Assembly: GCA_004431415.1 (NCBI GenBank)
Contig: QPMI01000039.1
Location: forward strand, 310,001-374,000
From: Cyanophora paradoxa CCMP329
Lineage: Eukaryota; Plantae; Glaucophyta
Length of the DNA stretch: 64,000 bases
Reading direction: 5' to 3'
Position 1 is the first letter of the stretch. Every line of letters begins with the position of its first letter. This document shows, piece after piece, positions 43,237 to 56,640 of the stretch. A program made the position numbers and the translations under genes. The notes beneath the pieces are model-generated. The model was given only the letters and a program-made list of their open reading frames with translations. It was not told the origin of the DNA and made no database searches.

Positions 43237-44195
43237 CTAGAATACGATGCAGCCTTCTTTCGGCTTCACGGCAGGCGCCTGCGACTTCTCGATCTCGATG
43301 AGCAGCTGCTTAAAAACGTCCGCTGCGCAGGGAAGGGCTTGATCAGGCGCGAGTCTGACGAGCGCCGCCTGATAGGAGCTTTGCACGGACCGACGTTGAG
43401 GTTGTTCTTGGCGCTGCACTCGATGTACGTGCAGCCAAGCTCGGCCGCGAGCTGACGCCCCATTTCTGACGTAACCACTTCGGGCACACTGCGGAAAGGC
43501 CGCGCGGTCCTTTAGCAGGCGATAACAGATCGCATCCGGCGCATAGCTAAGCGCGGCGGCACGCACTTGTCCGACTGGTCTGTCTTGTTGCCCACAAGGA
43601 CGCGGGGCACCTTCTCCGTGCCCAGCAGATTCAGAAGCTTGTTGTTGATGATTCGGATCATGTCAAAGGACGATTTGCTGGTGACCGAGAACAAGAGCAC
43701 GTAGCCGTGCACGCCCACAGAATAGCCGGTTGGGAAGATCGAGTACTCATCCTGCGAAGCGCGAGCGGGCAGGATGAGCGGCGCAAAGCGTCGCGAAAGC
43801 TGCAGCGAGAGCAGAGGGGCCGCTGACCTGCCCAGCTGTGTCGATGATGTCCTGGGGCAAGAGGAACGTCAGGGCGTACGCAAGCACGCAAGCACGCGCG
43901 CAGTTGGGGGGCTGCTCACTGTAACATACTCGTCGCCCTGTCCGAGAAAGCGAAGCGCGTCAGTGGTGCCAGCAGCGGCGGGGCGGGGCGGCGGGACTCG
44001 CCCTGTACTTGATGACCTTCTGAAACGTGGTCTCGATGGTTGGGCTGTAGTTGTCTACGAAGTGATCTTCCACGTACTGGATCGTCACAGCCGATTTGCC
44101 TGCGAGCCGTGAGCTCCCGCGGCGGCGGTCGGCGGGAAGTTCGTACCGACGGCACGAGCGCCCAAGACGCAGACCTTTCGCGTCTTCGTCACCAT
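43237..44195 (-). CDS. RHEB: Rheb small GTPase, multi-exon
   Basis: VLGARAVGKS (Rheb-type Arg), YSPTIETTF, DTAGQDEYSIF, LVGNKTD, ECSAK and a CAAX box CIVF. Confidence 0.93.
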
Positions 44196-45017
44196 CCTGG
44201 CTAGCGGCGGGACTACGTATACTTCGCCATCCCGGCTGTTGTTGCCTCGAATGTGTACCCCCCCTGGGCGGGTCAATTGTCTCGATCGCGGTCGACGTCG
44301 GACCGCTCAGCCGTTGAGGTACGTTCAAATTCGCGTCGACGTCTTCAACTTCGCCGAGTCGAATTGCGCTCAGCTAGCGCTAGCGCGCGCTGCTGCAGAC
44401 TGCAGCTGCATGCAGCTGCTATAGCGCTGCATCCGATGATCACGAATCGATCGAGGATCGTGCTTAGTTTGAGCTTCGAAGAGCTGCCAGGCTTGCGTGG
44501 TTTTTCCATGAACCACGCAATTGCAAGTCCGCTTACAAAGACTCCGAGGCTCGATCTAGGCCCGAAGGGACCGTCAATCTGGTGTGAAAACTGGCATGGA
44601 CTGAGAAGAAGACCCGAAAGTGAATACGCAGTCCGCGACGTCGAGATCTTTGCTTCAAAGAAAGAATAATTGAAAATATACTGGTGCTGCAAGAGGCTGG
44701 CAGACACATGTACAGATCAAAATACAAATAGAGAAACTCAAACTAGGCTCGCTGGCGGCGCGAACAAAGGCTACTAACCTATCGCATCCAAGCAACTTAG
44801 CAATACTGCAGACATGAGTTTAATCCGCGGGAAAACTTACAAGCGCTCGTATCTGCACTTATTTAAACGGCTGGACATTGAAAAACCACTGGTAGAAATT
44901 ACTTAATATTAGATAGCCTAGTAGGAATCAGTGCGGTGTGCGTACTCCTACTTTTCAAACGTCGTTCCCAGACTTATGATACAACAAGAAGAAAGGGATC
45001 GAGATTCAGAAAGTAAT

Positions 45018-46814
45018 CTACAAGTCGCCGTCGGCGTCGCTGTCCGCGTCGGCGGCGGCGGCGGCGTCGGCGAGGGGCCCCTGGGCCGCCTCGAGACGCC
45101 TCCGGAGGCGCTCGTTCTGCGGGGGCGGGGCGGCGTCAGGGGCGCGGGGCGTCTGCAAATGGAGAATGGAAAGAGGAGACTTTGGGGGGGGGGGGGGGGG
45201 AGCCCCCAGAAAAGGAGGGGAGAATGGGGGGTACGCCCACCTCGGCGGTGAGGTCGGCCATGTGCTTCACGGCGCTGCAGAGGACCTCGGCCTTATTAGA
45301 GCGCTGGCTCGCGATCCGCGGGATCAGCGCCTTCAGCTGCGCGCGGGCGGGCGGGCGAGGCGCGGGTGAGCCGTGTGCGAAGGCGGGCTGGACGGGGGCG
45401 CGCGTGCCTGGGCGATGTAGTCGTTGATGAGGCCGCGGCGCTTGCGCTCGCCCTGGGCGTGCACCCAGGACTGGTCCCGCCCCTCCCGCTCGCTCTCCTC
45501 CTCCTCCTCCTCCTCCTCCCGCTTCCACTTGCGCTTCCCACTCCGCTGCGGCCGCCGCTCCCCTCTCGCCGCCGCCGCCTCTTCCTCCTCCGCCTCCGCC
45601 GCCGGCAGGGGCGAGTTCGAGCGGACCCCGCCCTCAGGGGAGACGGGGTAGGGGCACGCCGCCTCGGCCGGGGCCGCGGCGGCCGCAGGGGCCCCCGTCG
45701 GCGTCGCCCCTCCGCCGCGGCGCGCGCGCATCGAGCGGCGCTGCTGCTGCTGCTGCTGCTCCGGATCGTCCGCGGCGGCCGGGGCCGGCGACACCGCCGC
45801 GCGCGGGCTGCGGCCGGCGGTGCTGATCGCTACGACGCGGTCCCGCGGGCTGCGGCCGTTCACGGAGACTGCGGGCCTGGGCGCGGCGAGCGCCGCCGGC
45901 GCCGGCGCCGCCGGCGGCACGTGGATGTCGGGCAGAGCCACAACGGCCTGAGGCTCCACCTTGATCGAGACCGGCACCTCCAGCTCGGGCCGAGCCGCCG
46001 GCTGTGCGGCCGGCGCGGCCGCTGGTGCCGTCACGGCGGATGAGGGGTTGGGGCTCGCGACTGCCGGCGCATTCAGCTCGGGGAGCAGACGCGCGCGTCG
46101 AGCGGCAGGGCGCTCTCACCTGTCGTGGCGAGGGCCTGCGCGGCCGTGATGAAGGATTGTATGAAAGTTATGTTCGCGGCGAGCGTCGCAGCGCTCCCGC
46201 CGTTCGGCGCCAGAAGCGCCGCCGCCTTCGCCGCCGCCAGGACGGGAACGGCCGGCGCAGCCATCGGAGCCGCCGTCCGCACAGCCGCGGCGGCGGATTG
46301 CCTGGCGAAATGAAAATGTCGAAACGTCAGGCCGGCCGCAGATGCGCGATCGGCCGCGGGCAGAGGGGGGAGGATCGGAGGCGGCGCGGCGCACGGGAGG
46401 AGCTGGGGCCACTCCGACGCCGCGGGGGGGTGAATGGCGTTCAGCCGCGGCGAGTTCGCCGCGCTGAAGTTGGGCGTGCGGATTGCCGACTCCCACTCGC
46501 TCCTGCCGAGGACGCCGTCCATGTCTTCCGGCACATGCGTGGAATCGCCACTGATCACGCTTGGCACGCTGCCGCTCACGGAGGAGATCGAGCAGCGCCG
46601 GCTCTTTGCCCTGGAGCGAAGCGGCGAGGTAAGGGCAACGTGGCAACCGCCGAACAAGGGCCGGGAGCGCAGGAGGAGCACACCGGAGCGCCCCGTACGG
46701 CTCCCAGAAGTCCTCAAGGTTGAGTTCGTTCGCGTGCTGCGCCTCCATCCTGGGCTGCGCGTGGAACGGCGGCGAAGGGTGGTCACTCAAACGAGGCGCA
46801 GGTGGACGATCCAT
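45018..46814 (-). CDS. bHLH-leucine zipper transcription factor, multi-exon
   Basis: HAQGERKRRGLINDYIAQ-LKALIP...SNKAEVLCSAVKHMADLTAE-NERLRRRL. Confidence 0.82.
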
Positions 46815-48179
46815 GCCTAGAAGGCGCTTATGCGGGCTGTTAGTTACCAGCGCACCTAGGCTGCTTGACGACAAGTGAAGTCCCGAAGTGCCGCTGCCGA
46901 AGTGCAGAGTGAAGTCCCGCAGCCGGCCAATCGTTCCGTTGTTTCGCGAGCAGAGCCGCACAAGTTGCTACGGTATGCTGGATCCTGAACTGCCCTGGAA
47001 AGCTCGCGGTAGCAGCGGCTTCTCTGGGAAAACTCTGGGAGCTGGGGGCCTGGGGCCGCTGTCACAGTGTGGGGCGCGAATCGTCGGTAGTCCCGAGTTT
47101 GCTGGGCGCGCGGGCGCGGGGCCGCCGGGGCGGCGGATCCAATGCTGCTGATAGATGTTATACCGTTACGCTTGCTGCTGCTGCTCTGCGCATGCTGGCC
47201 CTGCTGCTGCTCCGATCCGCGCGCGCAAGCTTCCGAAATTCGTACAAAGCTATAGCTAAGTCAGCGAACCGCCGGGTTATCGGCCATGGCGGGTACAGCT
47301 GCTTCCGGTCCGCCTCAATCAAAGTTTTGTTTGGAACACGCCACACACGGGGCGCGAATCGCTCAACCACGTGCACTGACTCACTGCCAGTGAGTGCTAG
47401 TAAATGATGGAATTCGAAGCACATGAATTATGAATCGATGGGGTACCCCAGTTCCCAACAAGCTTAAGCTTATAATTAAGGCCTATTCGCCTGATGGCGG
47501 CGCCTATACCCGTAGCTAATAGTATTGCTATATATGAGCTCTCGAGGTTGCCTTTTCGGGTTTGGCCCATTGTTGGCCCTCGTATATATAGCTATAGCTA
47601 GGCCTAGGGCCCTACTAGGCTAGCTAGGCCCCCCAGCCAGCTGCAGGCCCCCCTTGGCTAGGGGGCCTAGGGGCCTAGGGCTAGCGCTAATATTTGCAAG
47701 GGGGGGTCAGCTGCTCAAACCCCCCTTGCTACCCGTCGGATTGTCTGTCCTTTTGTCCAAGCCGGCCAGTTTGCAAGTCCGTCTTTTTCTCAACGTCGAA
47801 AGTCTTTTTGAGGTACCCATATCGAGCTCGCGCGCGCGTCGCCTCACGAGCGGCCGCCCCCGCGCGTCCGAAGAGGGCCGCTAACGCTGCAATCTCCCGC
47901 CTGCAATCTCGAGGCCGCGACCGTCGCAACGGCCCGAACCGGCCGCGACCGTCGCAGCGCAGCTCCCACTATATCTACTAGGATAGCTCCCATTCGGGCG
48001 CGGCGCGCCATCGCGCGCTCCGCGGCATCACATGGCCGCGCGCGCGCGGCGCAATCGATGCCGCAGCGACGGGCGATGGGCGGTCACAACTGCAAACGGT
48101 GCGCGTGCAGAAGGCCAGGAGGCGCTGCGAGGCGGCCCGCCTGTGGCTCGCCGCCGAGTCGCCGGACGCGGGAATGCGT

Positions 48180-49105
48180 GAGGGGCGGCTGCGCGGCTCG
48201 CTTGATGGGGCGGGGGCGCGCAGCGGGCAGCCGCGTGGCTCGCCGGGCGGGGCAGAGCGCGGTGTGCCGCAGGCGGCTCGCCGAAGGGCGGGGCGCGGGC
48301 AACAATCGGTGCGGAGGCGCGGCGGGCGACGGCACGGCTTGCGGGACGGGGCGGAGGCGCGGCGGGCGGCGGCGTGGCTCTCTGCAGCTGGGCGGGCGCA
48401 AGCGCGGCGGGCGGGCGGCGTGGCTCTCTGGGCGTGACGCAAGCGCGGCGGGCGGCGGTGCGGCTCGCCGGCGGGGCGGCGGCGCGGCGGGCGGCGGCGC
48501 GGCACGCCGGGCGGGGCGGAGGCGCGGCGAGCGACGGCGCGGCTCGCCGGCGGGGGCGGAGGCGCGGCTCGCCGGGCGGGCCGGAGGCGCGGCGGGCGGC
48601 GTCGGGGCTCGTCGGGCGGGGCTGAGGCGCGGCGAGCGACGGCGCGGCTCGCCGGGCGGGGCGGAGGAGCGGCGGGCGGAGGCGCGACGGGCGGCGGCGC
48701 GGCTCGCCGGCAGGGGCGGAGGCGCAGCGGGCGGCTGCGCGGCTCGCGGGACGGGGCGGAGGCGCGGCGGGCGGCTGCGCGGCTCGACGGGCGGGGCGGA
48801 GGAGCGGCGGGCGGCGACGCGGCTCGACGGGCGGGGCGGAGGAGCGGCGGGCGGCGACGCGGCTCGACGGGCGGGGCGGAGGCGCTGTGGGCGGCGGCGC
48901 GGCTCGACGGGCGGGGCGGAGGCGCTGTGGGCGGCGGCGCGGCTCGACGGGCGGGGCGGAGGAGCGGCGGGCGGCGACGCGGCTCGACGGGCGGGGCGGA
49001 GGTGCGGCGGGCGGCTGCGCGGCTCGCGGGACGGGGCGGAGGTGCGGCGGGCGGCGTCGCGGCTCGACGGGCGGGGCGGAGGCGCGGCGGGCGGCGGCGC
49101 GGCGC
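48180..49105. repeat. GC-rich 40-bp minisatellite (GGCTCGACGGGCGGGGCGGAGGNGCGGCGGGCGGCGNCGC)
   Basis: Exact 40-bp period from about 48700 to 49100, degenerating leftwards. Confidence 0.9.
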
Positions 49106-50339
49106 GCAAGGCTTATTTTCTGGTACCATTTTCGATCTAGATCTGTAGCTGGCCCGCGGCCCAGTGGGAACTGTAGCTGCAGATGCTGTATTAAGCTTTG
49201 TTCATTTAGACCCCACCTTGCATTTCCTGAGACGAGCAGGGGGCGGGGGCGAGTCGAAGACCTAGTAATTATAAGGGCCAGCTGCAGGCTGCAGGCCCTG
49301 AGGGGCCAGCCGGGCCCAGCCCGGCCAGCCCTGCCAGCCAGTGCCAGGGGGCCAGCTGCAGTGCATGGCCATGCCATGATGGCCAGCTGCAGGCCCCATG
49401 GCCAGGCCCCCTGCAATTGCAAGCTGGCCGCCCCCGCCGGGCCGGGGCCCACCTATCATCATAGTAGTAGTATAGCTAGGCCTAGGGCGAGCCAAAGCTA
49501 ATAATAATTTAAGTTATCAATGGAATTGCAATTGATATCGATATCATCGATATCGATATCGATTGCAATTGTCCCCCCGGGCTTTTCAAACTTGAAAGCT
49601 TTTCAAACTTGAAAGCTTTAAGCGAGCCTAGCTATAGCTATAGGCTTCGCGCGCGCGCGATCGGAAATCGAAATGAAATTTCGAATTTATATACTACTAT
49701 GATATATGTACATGTACATCATGGCATGTACATGTGCTCCAAATATTTAATCTCCGAGACTCGACGCCGTGACGCGCTCATCATGGCATGATCAGCGCTA
49801 GGCTCGCCGGCGGGGGAGTCGCCGCTATAGCTAGCGGCGCTGGCGGCATGCATGCGCATGAGCTCCGCTAGCGATCGAGGCTGCTGTACATGTATACGTA
49901 CGCGTAGATCTCGCAGCGCGAGCCGGCTTCCGAAGTTCCAATTGCAAGCCTTAAGCTTGAATGCTTTACTTCGAAGGCAGCGGTGGATCCGGAGCTGCCC
50001 TCGAGCTCTCTCTCTTAATATTGGGGAAGGACCCCCTTCCCCTTCCCCCACTTGGGGGTGTTCGGGTGCCCAACCTAGGCCAAAATGAAATGTCCCGACC
50101 TCCCAAAACCCAAGTTTTCTCGCCGGATCCTAGCAAGGAATGCCCCTAGAAGTCCGGAAACATGTTCCGGGAGATCCGGGTCCCGTCGGGTCGATCAGGA
50201 ATGGGCAATACCACATTTTCACAAAATGCGATCTACCGCCTCACCAAGTGGCGGTATATCTGCCGGATCAAGTGCGCCTGCATGCGCGGGATGAGTCCGA
50301 CAATTCATCTCATACATGCCGAGACCGGAGGAGCACAGG

Positions 50340-51815
50340 GTGGCCCGCTAGGCCGCCTCAAGTACCTGTTGTACCGGACGCCGAAAAAAAGCGCTCCTGA
50401 GAGTTTCGGCTTTTGCTGGGTACAACGCCAGCTTCAGCATGGCGCGTCGCGGCGGTAGTGATCTCGGCTCAGCGCGCGGAGTTGAAGAAACCGAGTTCAG
50501 CCTGTGCTCGCAATCTTGCAGCGATCCCCGAGCCAAGCACTTGTATGAGCACGTTCGTCAGTGCAGGAAGAAAGGCGCCCGCGACGCCGCGTGCCGGTGC
50601 GCGCCGCTTGGCCGAGTGTGCCCCGATGGTTCTGACTACCCCGCGCCCCGGCCGCCGCCCGCAGATCCGAGGTCGCGCGCCGCCCTGCAATCGATATCCC
50701 GCGCGCGCTGGACATGCAGAGACGGTCGGGTGCAGATCTCGCCGCATCCGTGCTCTGACCTTCGCGGATGCCATCCGGGCGGCAAACGCACACGCTGCTG
50801 GAAGCACTTCGCGCGCCCGCGTTCCGGTGCGCGCCCGCCTGTGGCCTCTCGAGCTCGGTTTCTGATGGACTCCGGTTCAAGCAGATCTAGACTCCTGCTC
50901 GGCGTTGTCTAGCCCTTCAAGCGCCTCGAGCACGCACGCACGCGCACGCACGCGTGTCTTGACCCGCGCGCGCGCGGCCAGCGACCCGCGCCGTAGCAGA
51001 TGGCCCAGTGGAGGCGGCGTCGCAGTATTCGCAGCTGATCCTAGCACGCCGCGCCGGGCTGGGCTTCGACCCCGCGCCGCGCGCCGCTCTCCAGGGCGCG
51101 CTGACGCCTCGGCTCTGCCGCTCCACCCGCTTCGATCGAATTCCCCGCCCGCCGCCGCCCACTGCAGGTTCGTCGACTCCAGGTTCGCCCCGCCGCTGCT
51201 GCGCATGCTACGCATCTCACCCGGCTGCTGCCGCTGGGCCCCGCCCCCGCGCCGCCGCTGTAGAGCATGTCTGGCGCGAGCTGACGCCTCAGCCTTGCAC
51301 AGGCTATGTGCAGGGCCCGGCGCCACCTGCCGCCCCTCCCGCTTCCTCGCCCGCCGCCCCGCCGGCTACTTCAGCTTCGAATTCGCCGCCCGCCGGATGC
51401 TTCAGCTTCGCCGACTCCAGGCTCGCCCCGCCGCTGCTGCTGCGCACCTGGCCCGGCCGCCCCCGCCAGGCCCCGCCCCCTCACGGCCTCTGTCCGGGGC
51501 GAGCTGACGCCTCGGCTCTGCGTTTGTGCAAGCTATGCGCAGGGCCCGGCGCCACCTGTCTCTCCTCCCGCTGCCGCTTTCCCGCCCGCCGCCGCTGCCG
51601 CCCGCCTCGCCACGTGCACCCCACGTGCACCCGCCCGCATCGCCACCCCGCCCGCCTCGCCCGCCCGCCCGCCTCGCCTTTCTGCCCCCCCCCCCCCCCC
51701 CCCCCCCCCACCCCCACCCCCCCCCCCCCACTCCCACCCCCACCCCCCCCACCCCAGTACCCTGCAATGTGTACAAGTACCCCCCCTTGCACCCGCGGCC
51801 CGCACTTGGCGCACT
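50340..51815 (+). repeat. Diverged direct copy of the 52110-53590 repeat
   Basis: Shares CGCTAGGCCGCCTCAAGTACCTGTTGTACCGG, GGCGGCGTCGCAGTATTCGCAGCTG and CAAGTACCCCCCCTTGCACC. Confidence 0.75.
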
Positions 51816-51818
51816 TAA

Positions 51819-53615
51819 TTGCAAGGGGGGGTACCCCCTCCCTTGCTCCCCTGGTGAATTGGTGCGGCGTACTTTCTGTGTTAGCAATTTTTGTAAGATG
51901 AGATTCTTTGCATGCGCTCTCGTATAGGTGTGATCGCATCGTAGCCGCTGCGAGTGGCGAAAAAAAATGCAAGGGCGGGGCTGCGCAAACATGTCGAGGT
52001 CGCGCCTCACCTACTATCGCTATATGCGCCAAAGCACGTGCTCCTGAATGCTCTCAATGCTCTCTACAAACTATGTCATACACGCCTGGGTGCGAAAAGC
52101 GGCGCGTGGCGCGCTAGGCCGCCTCAAGTACCTGTTGTACCGGGCGCCGGAAAAAAATGCTCCTGCGAGTTTCTGCTTTTGCTGGGTATGCATATGCGGC
52201 TTTGCAGCACTACGTTCTCGCCATGGCGCGCCGGCGCCGGCGCCGAGCGCCGCCGACTCTCGCCGCCGATGTGGATCCGGACAAGGGCGTCGCTTTGACC
52301 GGTCGCAATGGCGCTGAAGTTCTGCTCTGAACATCCGAGGATGCGCTCCTAGCGGAGAGTGTCATTGCGGAGAGCACCGAAAGATGACGAATGACGAAAG
52401 AAGAGCTCGAGAGTGCAGAAAGAAGGCGCCCACGACGCCGCGTTCCGGTGCGCTTCCGGATGCGGCCTCGAGCTCGGGCGCGCGGCGGCGTGTCGCTCGG
52501 CCGCGGACTCCGATTCAAGCAGACTCCAGCTCAGCAGCTCACGACGAGCTGCCATGCCGGTGAGCAAGTACGGCGCGGCCACGCCTCGCGGCGCCGGCCG
52601 CGGGGCGCCACGCACATCTTGACCCCCGGCCAGCGCTCCGGATCCGTAGCAGATGGTGGCGGCGTCGCAGTATTCGCAGCTGCTCCTAGTACGCCGCGCC
52701 GGGCTGGGCCTCGCCCCGCGCCTCCGCTCTTTAGGGCGCGCTGACGCCTCGGCCCTGCGCAGGCTATGCGCAGTGTCCGGCGCCACCTGCCGTTCCGTCT
52801 GCTTCCCCACCCGCCGAGCTGCCCGCTGCCTCGCTTCGTCGACTCCAGGTTCGCCCCGCCTCTAATGCTGCGCACCTAGGCCTAATCCTTCCGCTGCCGC
52901 TGGTCCCCGCACCCGCGCCGCTGCTCTACAGGGCGCGCTGACGCCTCGGCCCTGCGCAGGCTATTCGCAGTGCACGGAGCCACCTGCCGTTCCGTCCGCT
53001 TCCCCACCCGCCGCGCTGCCCGCTGCCTCGCTTCGTCGACTCCAGGTTCGCCCCGCCTCTAATGCTGCGCACCTAGGCCTAATCCTTCCGCTGCCGCTGG
53101 TCCCCGCACCCGCGCCGCTGCTCTACAGGGCGCGCTGACGCCTCGGCCCTGCGCAGGCTGTAGCTATGCGCAGTGCACGGCGCCACCTGCCGTTCCGTCC
53201 GCTTCCCCACCCGCCGCGCTGCCCGCTGCCTCGCTTCGTCCACTCCAGGTTCGCCCCGCCTCTAATGCCTAATCCTTCCGCTGCCGCTGGTCCCCGCACC
53301 CGCGCCGCTGCTCTACAGGGCGCGCTGACGCATCGGCCCTGCGCAGGATATGCGCAGTGCACGGCGCCACCTGCTGTTCCGTCCGCTTCCCCACCCGCCG
53401 CCGCCCTCGCCTGCCCGCTGGCCTGGTGCGCATGCCGCCGCCCGCCTCCCCACCCCACCCGCCCACCTCGACACCCCGCCCGCCTCGCCCGGCCGCCTGC
53501 CTACCCCCCCCCCTCCCCCCCAAGTACCCTGCAATGAGTCAAGTACCCCCCCTTGCACCTCCGCGCGCGGCCCGCACTTGCCGCACTTGCACAGGCCCGG
53601 GCGCGGTCTGCTAGT
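51819..53615 (+). mobile_element. Putative non-autonomous Helentron/Helitron2-like element
   Basis: 5' TGCAAGGGGGGGTAC (51820-51834) has a perfect subterminal inverted copy at 53543-53557, followed by a GC-rich segment and CTAGT. A diverged sibling lies at ~50340-51815. Confidence 0.5.
52734..53400 (+). repeat. ~195-bp tandem repeat, about 3.5 copies
   Basis: GGGCGCGCTGACGCCTCGGCCCTGCGCAGG recurs near 52734, 52930, 53128 and 53318. Confidence 0.85.
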
Positions 53616-54496
53616 TATAAGCTTGCACAGGGCCATGCAGGCGCAGTCTGCTGTGATCCAGGCTCTAATTCGTAATTGTAACCCAAGGTCCTTCCCCTCC
53701 AACAGGGCCACTGCGACAGCAGTGTCCCTGTTCCGTTCATAATTATAAGTATATAAGTATATAAGCTTGGAATTTGAAGCGGCGGGTCTAGATCTGCCTC
53801 AGGGCCTGCGCGGCCGCCGGGCGCCTTCGAATGCATGTACATGTGTCATCATATGCATGATCATATGCGCGTGCATGGCCGCGGGCATCCAAGAAATTCG
53901 GAAGCCTGAAATAATTTCCGCCGGCGCCACGAGGGCTGGCCGGGCCATGGGCCCCCTATTATAACTCTCATGATCAGAGCGAGTCTAGGACTCTAGGCTA
54001 GTGCTCTAGATGTCGCCCCGGGGCCGCGAGCCCAGCCTCGGGCTTCGACGGGGTTTGTTACAATTAGGCGACGTAATAGGCGTACGCGTCGGCCGCGGGC
54101 AGCCCGGGGCAGGGCTTGCCAATTGCAAGTTGCTCCCGGCGGCAGTCGCGATCGGCGGCGCGGCTCAGCGGCCGCCGGGCTCCTCGCGTTCTGAAGTTCG
54201 GCCGCCGGGCCCGTAGACGTCGAGGCATGCACCGTCGAACGTGGCGCCGCGTGCACGAGAAGTGCCCCAGTTTCGAGCTGTACATGTGGACCGCCCAACC
54301 AGTGCCCTCCTGCCGCCCCGCGGCCCCGCGCCGAAGTCGACTCTAGGCCTAGCTCTATACCCGAGTAGGGCCCGACCCTCGCCCCTTTAATTTGCCGCAG
54401 TGCCGCCCGCCCCAACCCCTCCAGCCCCGGCCGTCTTCCCTATAGCTAGGCCTCCCCACGACCCAGCGGGCTCACCTACTCCCGCGGGCTCTCAGA

Positions 54497-54870
54497 TCTC
54501 TTGCGAACTCACTCTCTCTCTCTCTCTCTGCACCTGAGCCGCGATGATATCGATCTACGTATACACGCCGGTAGCAAACGAAGCCGCGCGCAGTGCGCCA
54601 CGTGCACGGCGCACAGCGGGTGGCCCAGTGGTGCGGGGCCAGTGCTGGGGCGCCGTGGCGGCGCGCGCGGCTCACTTGAGGCGGGGGCTCTCTTGCAATT
54701 GCGAACTCTCTCTCTCGAGATGATATCGATCTACGTATACACGCCGGTAGCAAACGAAGCCGCGCGCAGTGCGCCACATGCACGGCGCACAGCGGGTGGC
54801 CCAGTCACTGCGTGGCGCGGGCCGCCGCGGGGCTAGTGCTGGGGCGCCGTGCGCGTGGCGGCGCGCGGGG
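54497..54870 (+). repeat. ~176-bp tandem duplication
   Basis: GATGATATCGATCTACGTATACACGCCGGTAGCAAACGAAGCC... occurs at 54543 and 54719. Confidence 0.85.
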
Positions 54871-55927
54871 CTCATGATCACTTGCCAAGTTTGGGCGGGG
54901 GCGCGTGTGGCTCACTTGGGGCGGGGGCGCGCGCGCAGTACTAGTGCAGTAGCGGGCGGTTGTCTACGCATGCGCACCTCTCGGCGGGCCGGGTGGGGTC
55001 GACGTCGGAGACGGTCGGACCCGGAGGCGCCACGGCGCTCGCCGACGGGCGGCTGCGCCGCAGCTCGGCTGGTGACAGTGGCTAGCCTAGTAGCGCTCGG
55101 CGGACGGGGCGGAGGCCGCGGAGCTCGGGCTGGGTGGGCAGCTGCAGGAGACGCGGCCAGCGGGCGACGGCGCGGCTCGGCGCCGAGTCGGCGGAAGGGG
55201 CGCGCGGCCCGGCGGAGGCACGCGGCCGCACGCCGTGAAGGCGGGCAGCGGGCGCGCGCCGCCAGGAGGGGCGGAGCCTGAGGCGCGGAGCCGCGCCGCG
55301 CCGCCGTCCTCCCGGAGAGTCCGCCGCTCCGCGCCTCCCGGAGTCCGCCCCTCCTGGCGCCGGGCCGCCGGCTGGCGGCGCGCGCCCGCTGCCCGCGCGC
55401 CGGCGCCGTCACTGAGTCACGGGCCTCACGGCGTGCCCGGCGGCCTCCGCGCAGCATGCGCAGGATGACAGTCAAATATTAATTGTGTGTCAATGTCTGT
55501 CATCTAGAAATAAAAGTCTCTCCAAAAAAGGAAACAGAAAAACGCACAAAAAGCGTTCGTGTGCGTTCGTGCACGTGCACGTGTACATGCTTTACATATA
55601 TATACGTTTACCGTAGTACTACGGTACATATATATATATATATGCCCACGATCGTGCGCGCGCGGGCGCGGCGCGCGCCGGCCGCGGCGCCGCGGCGGCG
55701 CGGGCCGCGGCTGACTCAGTGAGGCCGGGCGCCGCGGCGCCGCCCGGCGGGCCGGCGGCGGCGCGGGCCAGCGCGGCAAATTAAATTAAATCGCCGCCGA
55801 TTCGCCGGCAATTCCACTGTTAAAACAATTGCGTCATGATCAATGATCATGCCACGGGCGGCGGGCCATGATGACCACGGGCACTGCCTGGCACTGGCTG
55901 GCACTGGCGCCGGAGGCAGCCGGACTA

Positions 55928-56185
55928 CTGTAGGACGGCTTAAATTGCCGAGGTGAAAAATTGCCGAATTCGCCCAAAACTGAAATTGCCGTGGTGATAA
56001 ATTGACGAAACTCTGGATTTCTTCTATATGGCGCCATACAAAATTAAAGCGGCCGTTTAGCCGGGAAATTAGCCCTACCCCCTGCAAATTGCCGCGGTTC
56101 AACGGTTCTAAATTGCCGAATTCGGCCTCTCGGCAATTTACGGCAATTCAAAACTACGTAAACGGCTAAAAAAGCCGTCCTACAG
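55928..56185. mobile_element. MITE with TA target duplication (Tc1/mariner-like)
   Basis: TA|CTGTAGGACGGCTT...AAGCCGTCCTACAG|TA, with internal AAATTGCCG repeats. Confidence 0.75.
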
Positions 56186-56640
56186 TAGTAGTAGTCTCAG
56201 AGTCTACCGGTAGTACTCCTGAACTTCCGAGGTTCGGAATGGCACTGCAATGTGTGACTGCTTGCGGCAGTGCGGATCCGGATTCCGGAGTGCGGACCGG
56301 ATCATCATCGGCATCGGATCCAGACTTCAGGTCAGTGCCAGTGTGCCACTCACTGAGTCAGTGGACGCCCGGCGGCCCAACGTTAACCGTTAACGTGGCA
56401 ACGTTAACGTGCACCGTGCACGGAGGTGATCCAATCGATTGATGACTCAGTGAATTAGTGCGAAATTTAAATCACTGCGAAATCATTTAATTTAAATCGT
56501 ACCAGTACGTATACCGTATACGGCATTAATGCCGTATACGGTATACGTACTGGTACGGTAGTAGTCTGGTGACTCTGGTACCGTGTGGTACGCCGCGTGC
56601 ACGTGACGGTACGCGTACTACTAGTACTACGGTACTAGTA

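Noticed and set aside
47978-49452. Long Arg/Ala/Pro-rich ORFs on both strands
   Set aside because: They are translations of a stop-free 40-bp GC-rich minisatellite.
50413-55779. Numerous overlapping ORFs in the repeat zone
   Set aside because: No recognisable domains; expected by chance in very GC-rich repetitive DNA.
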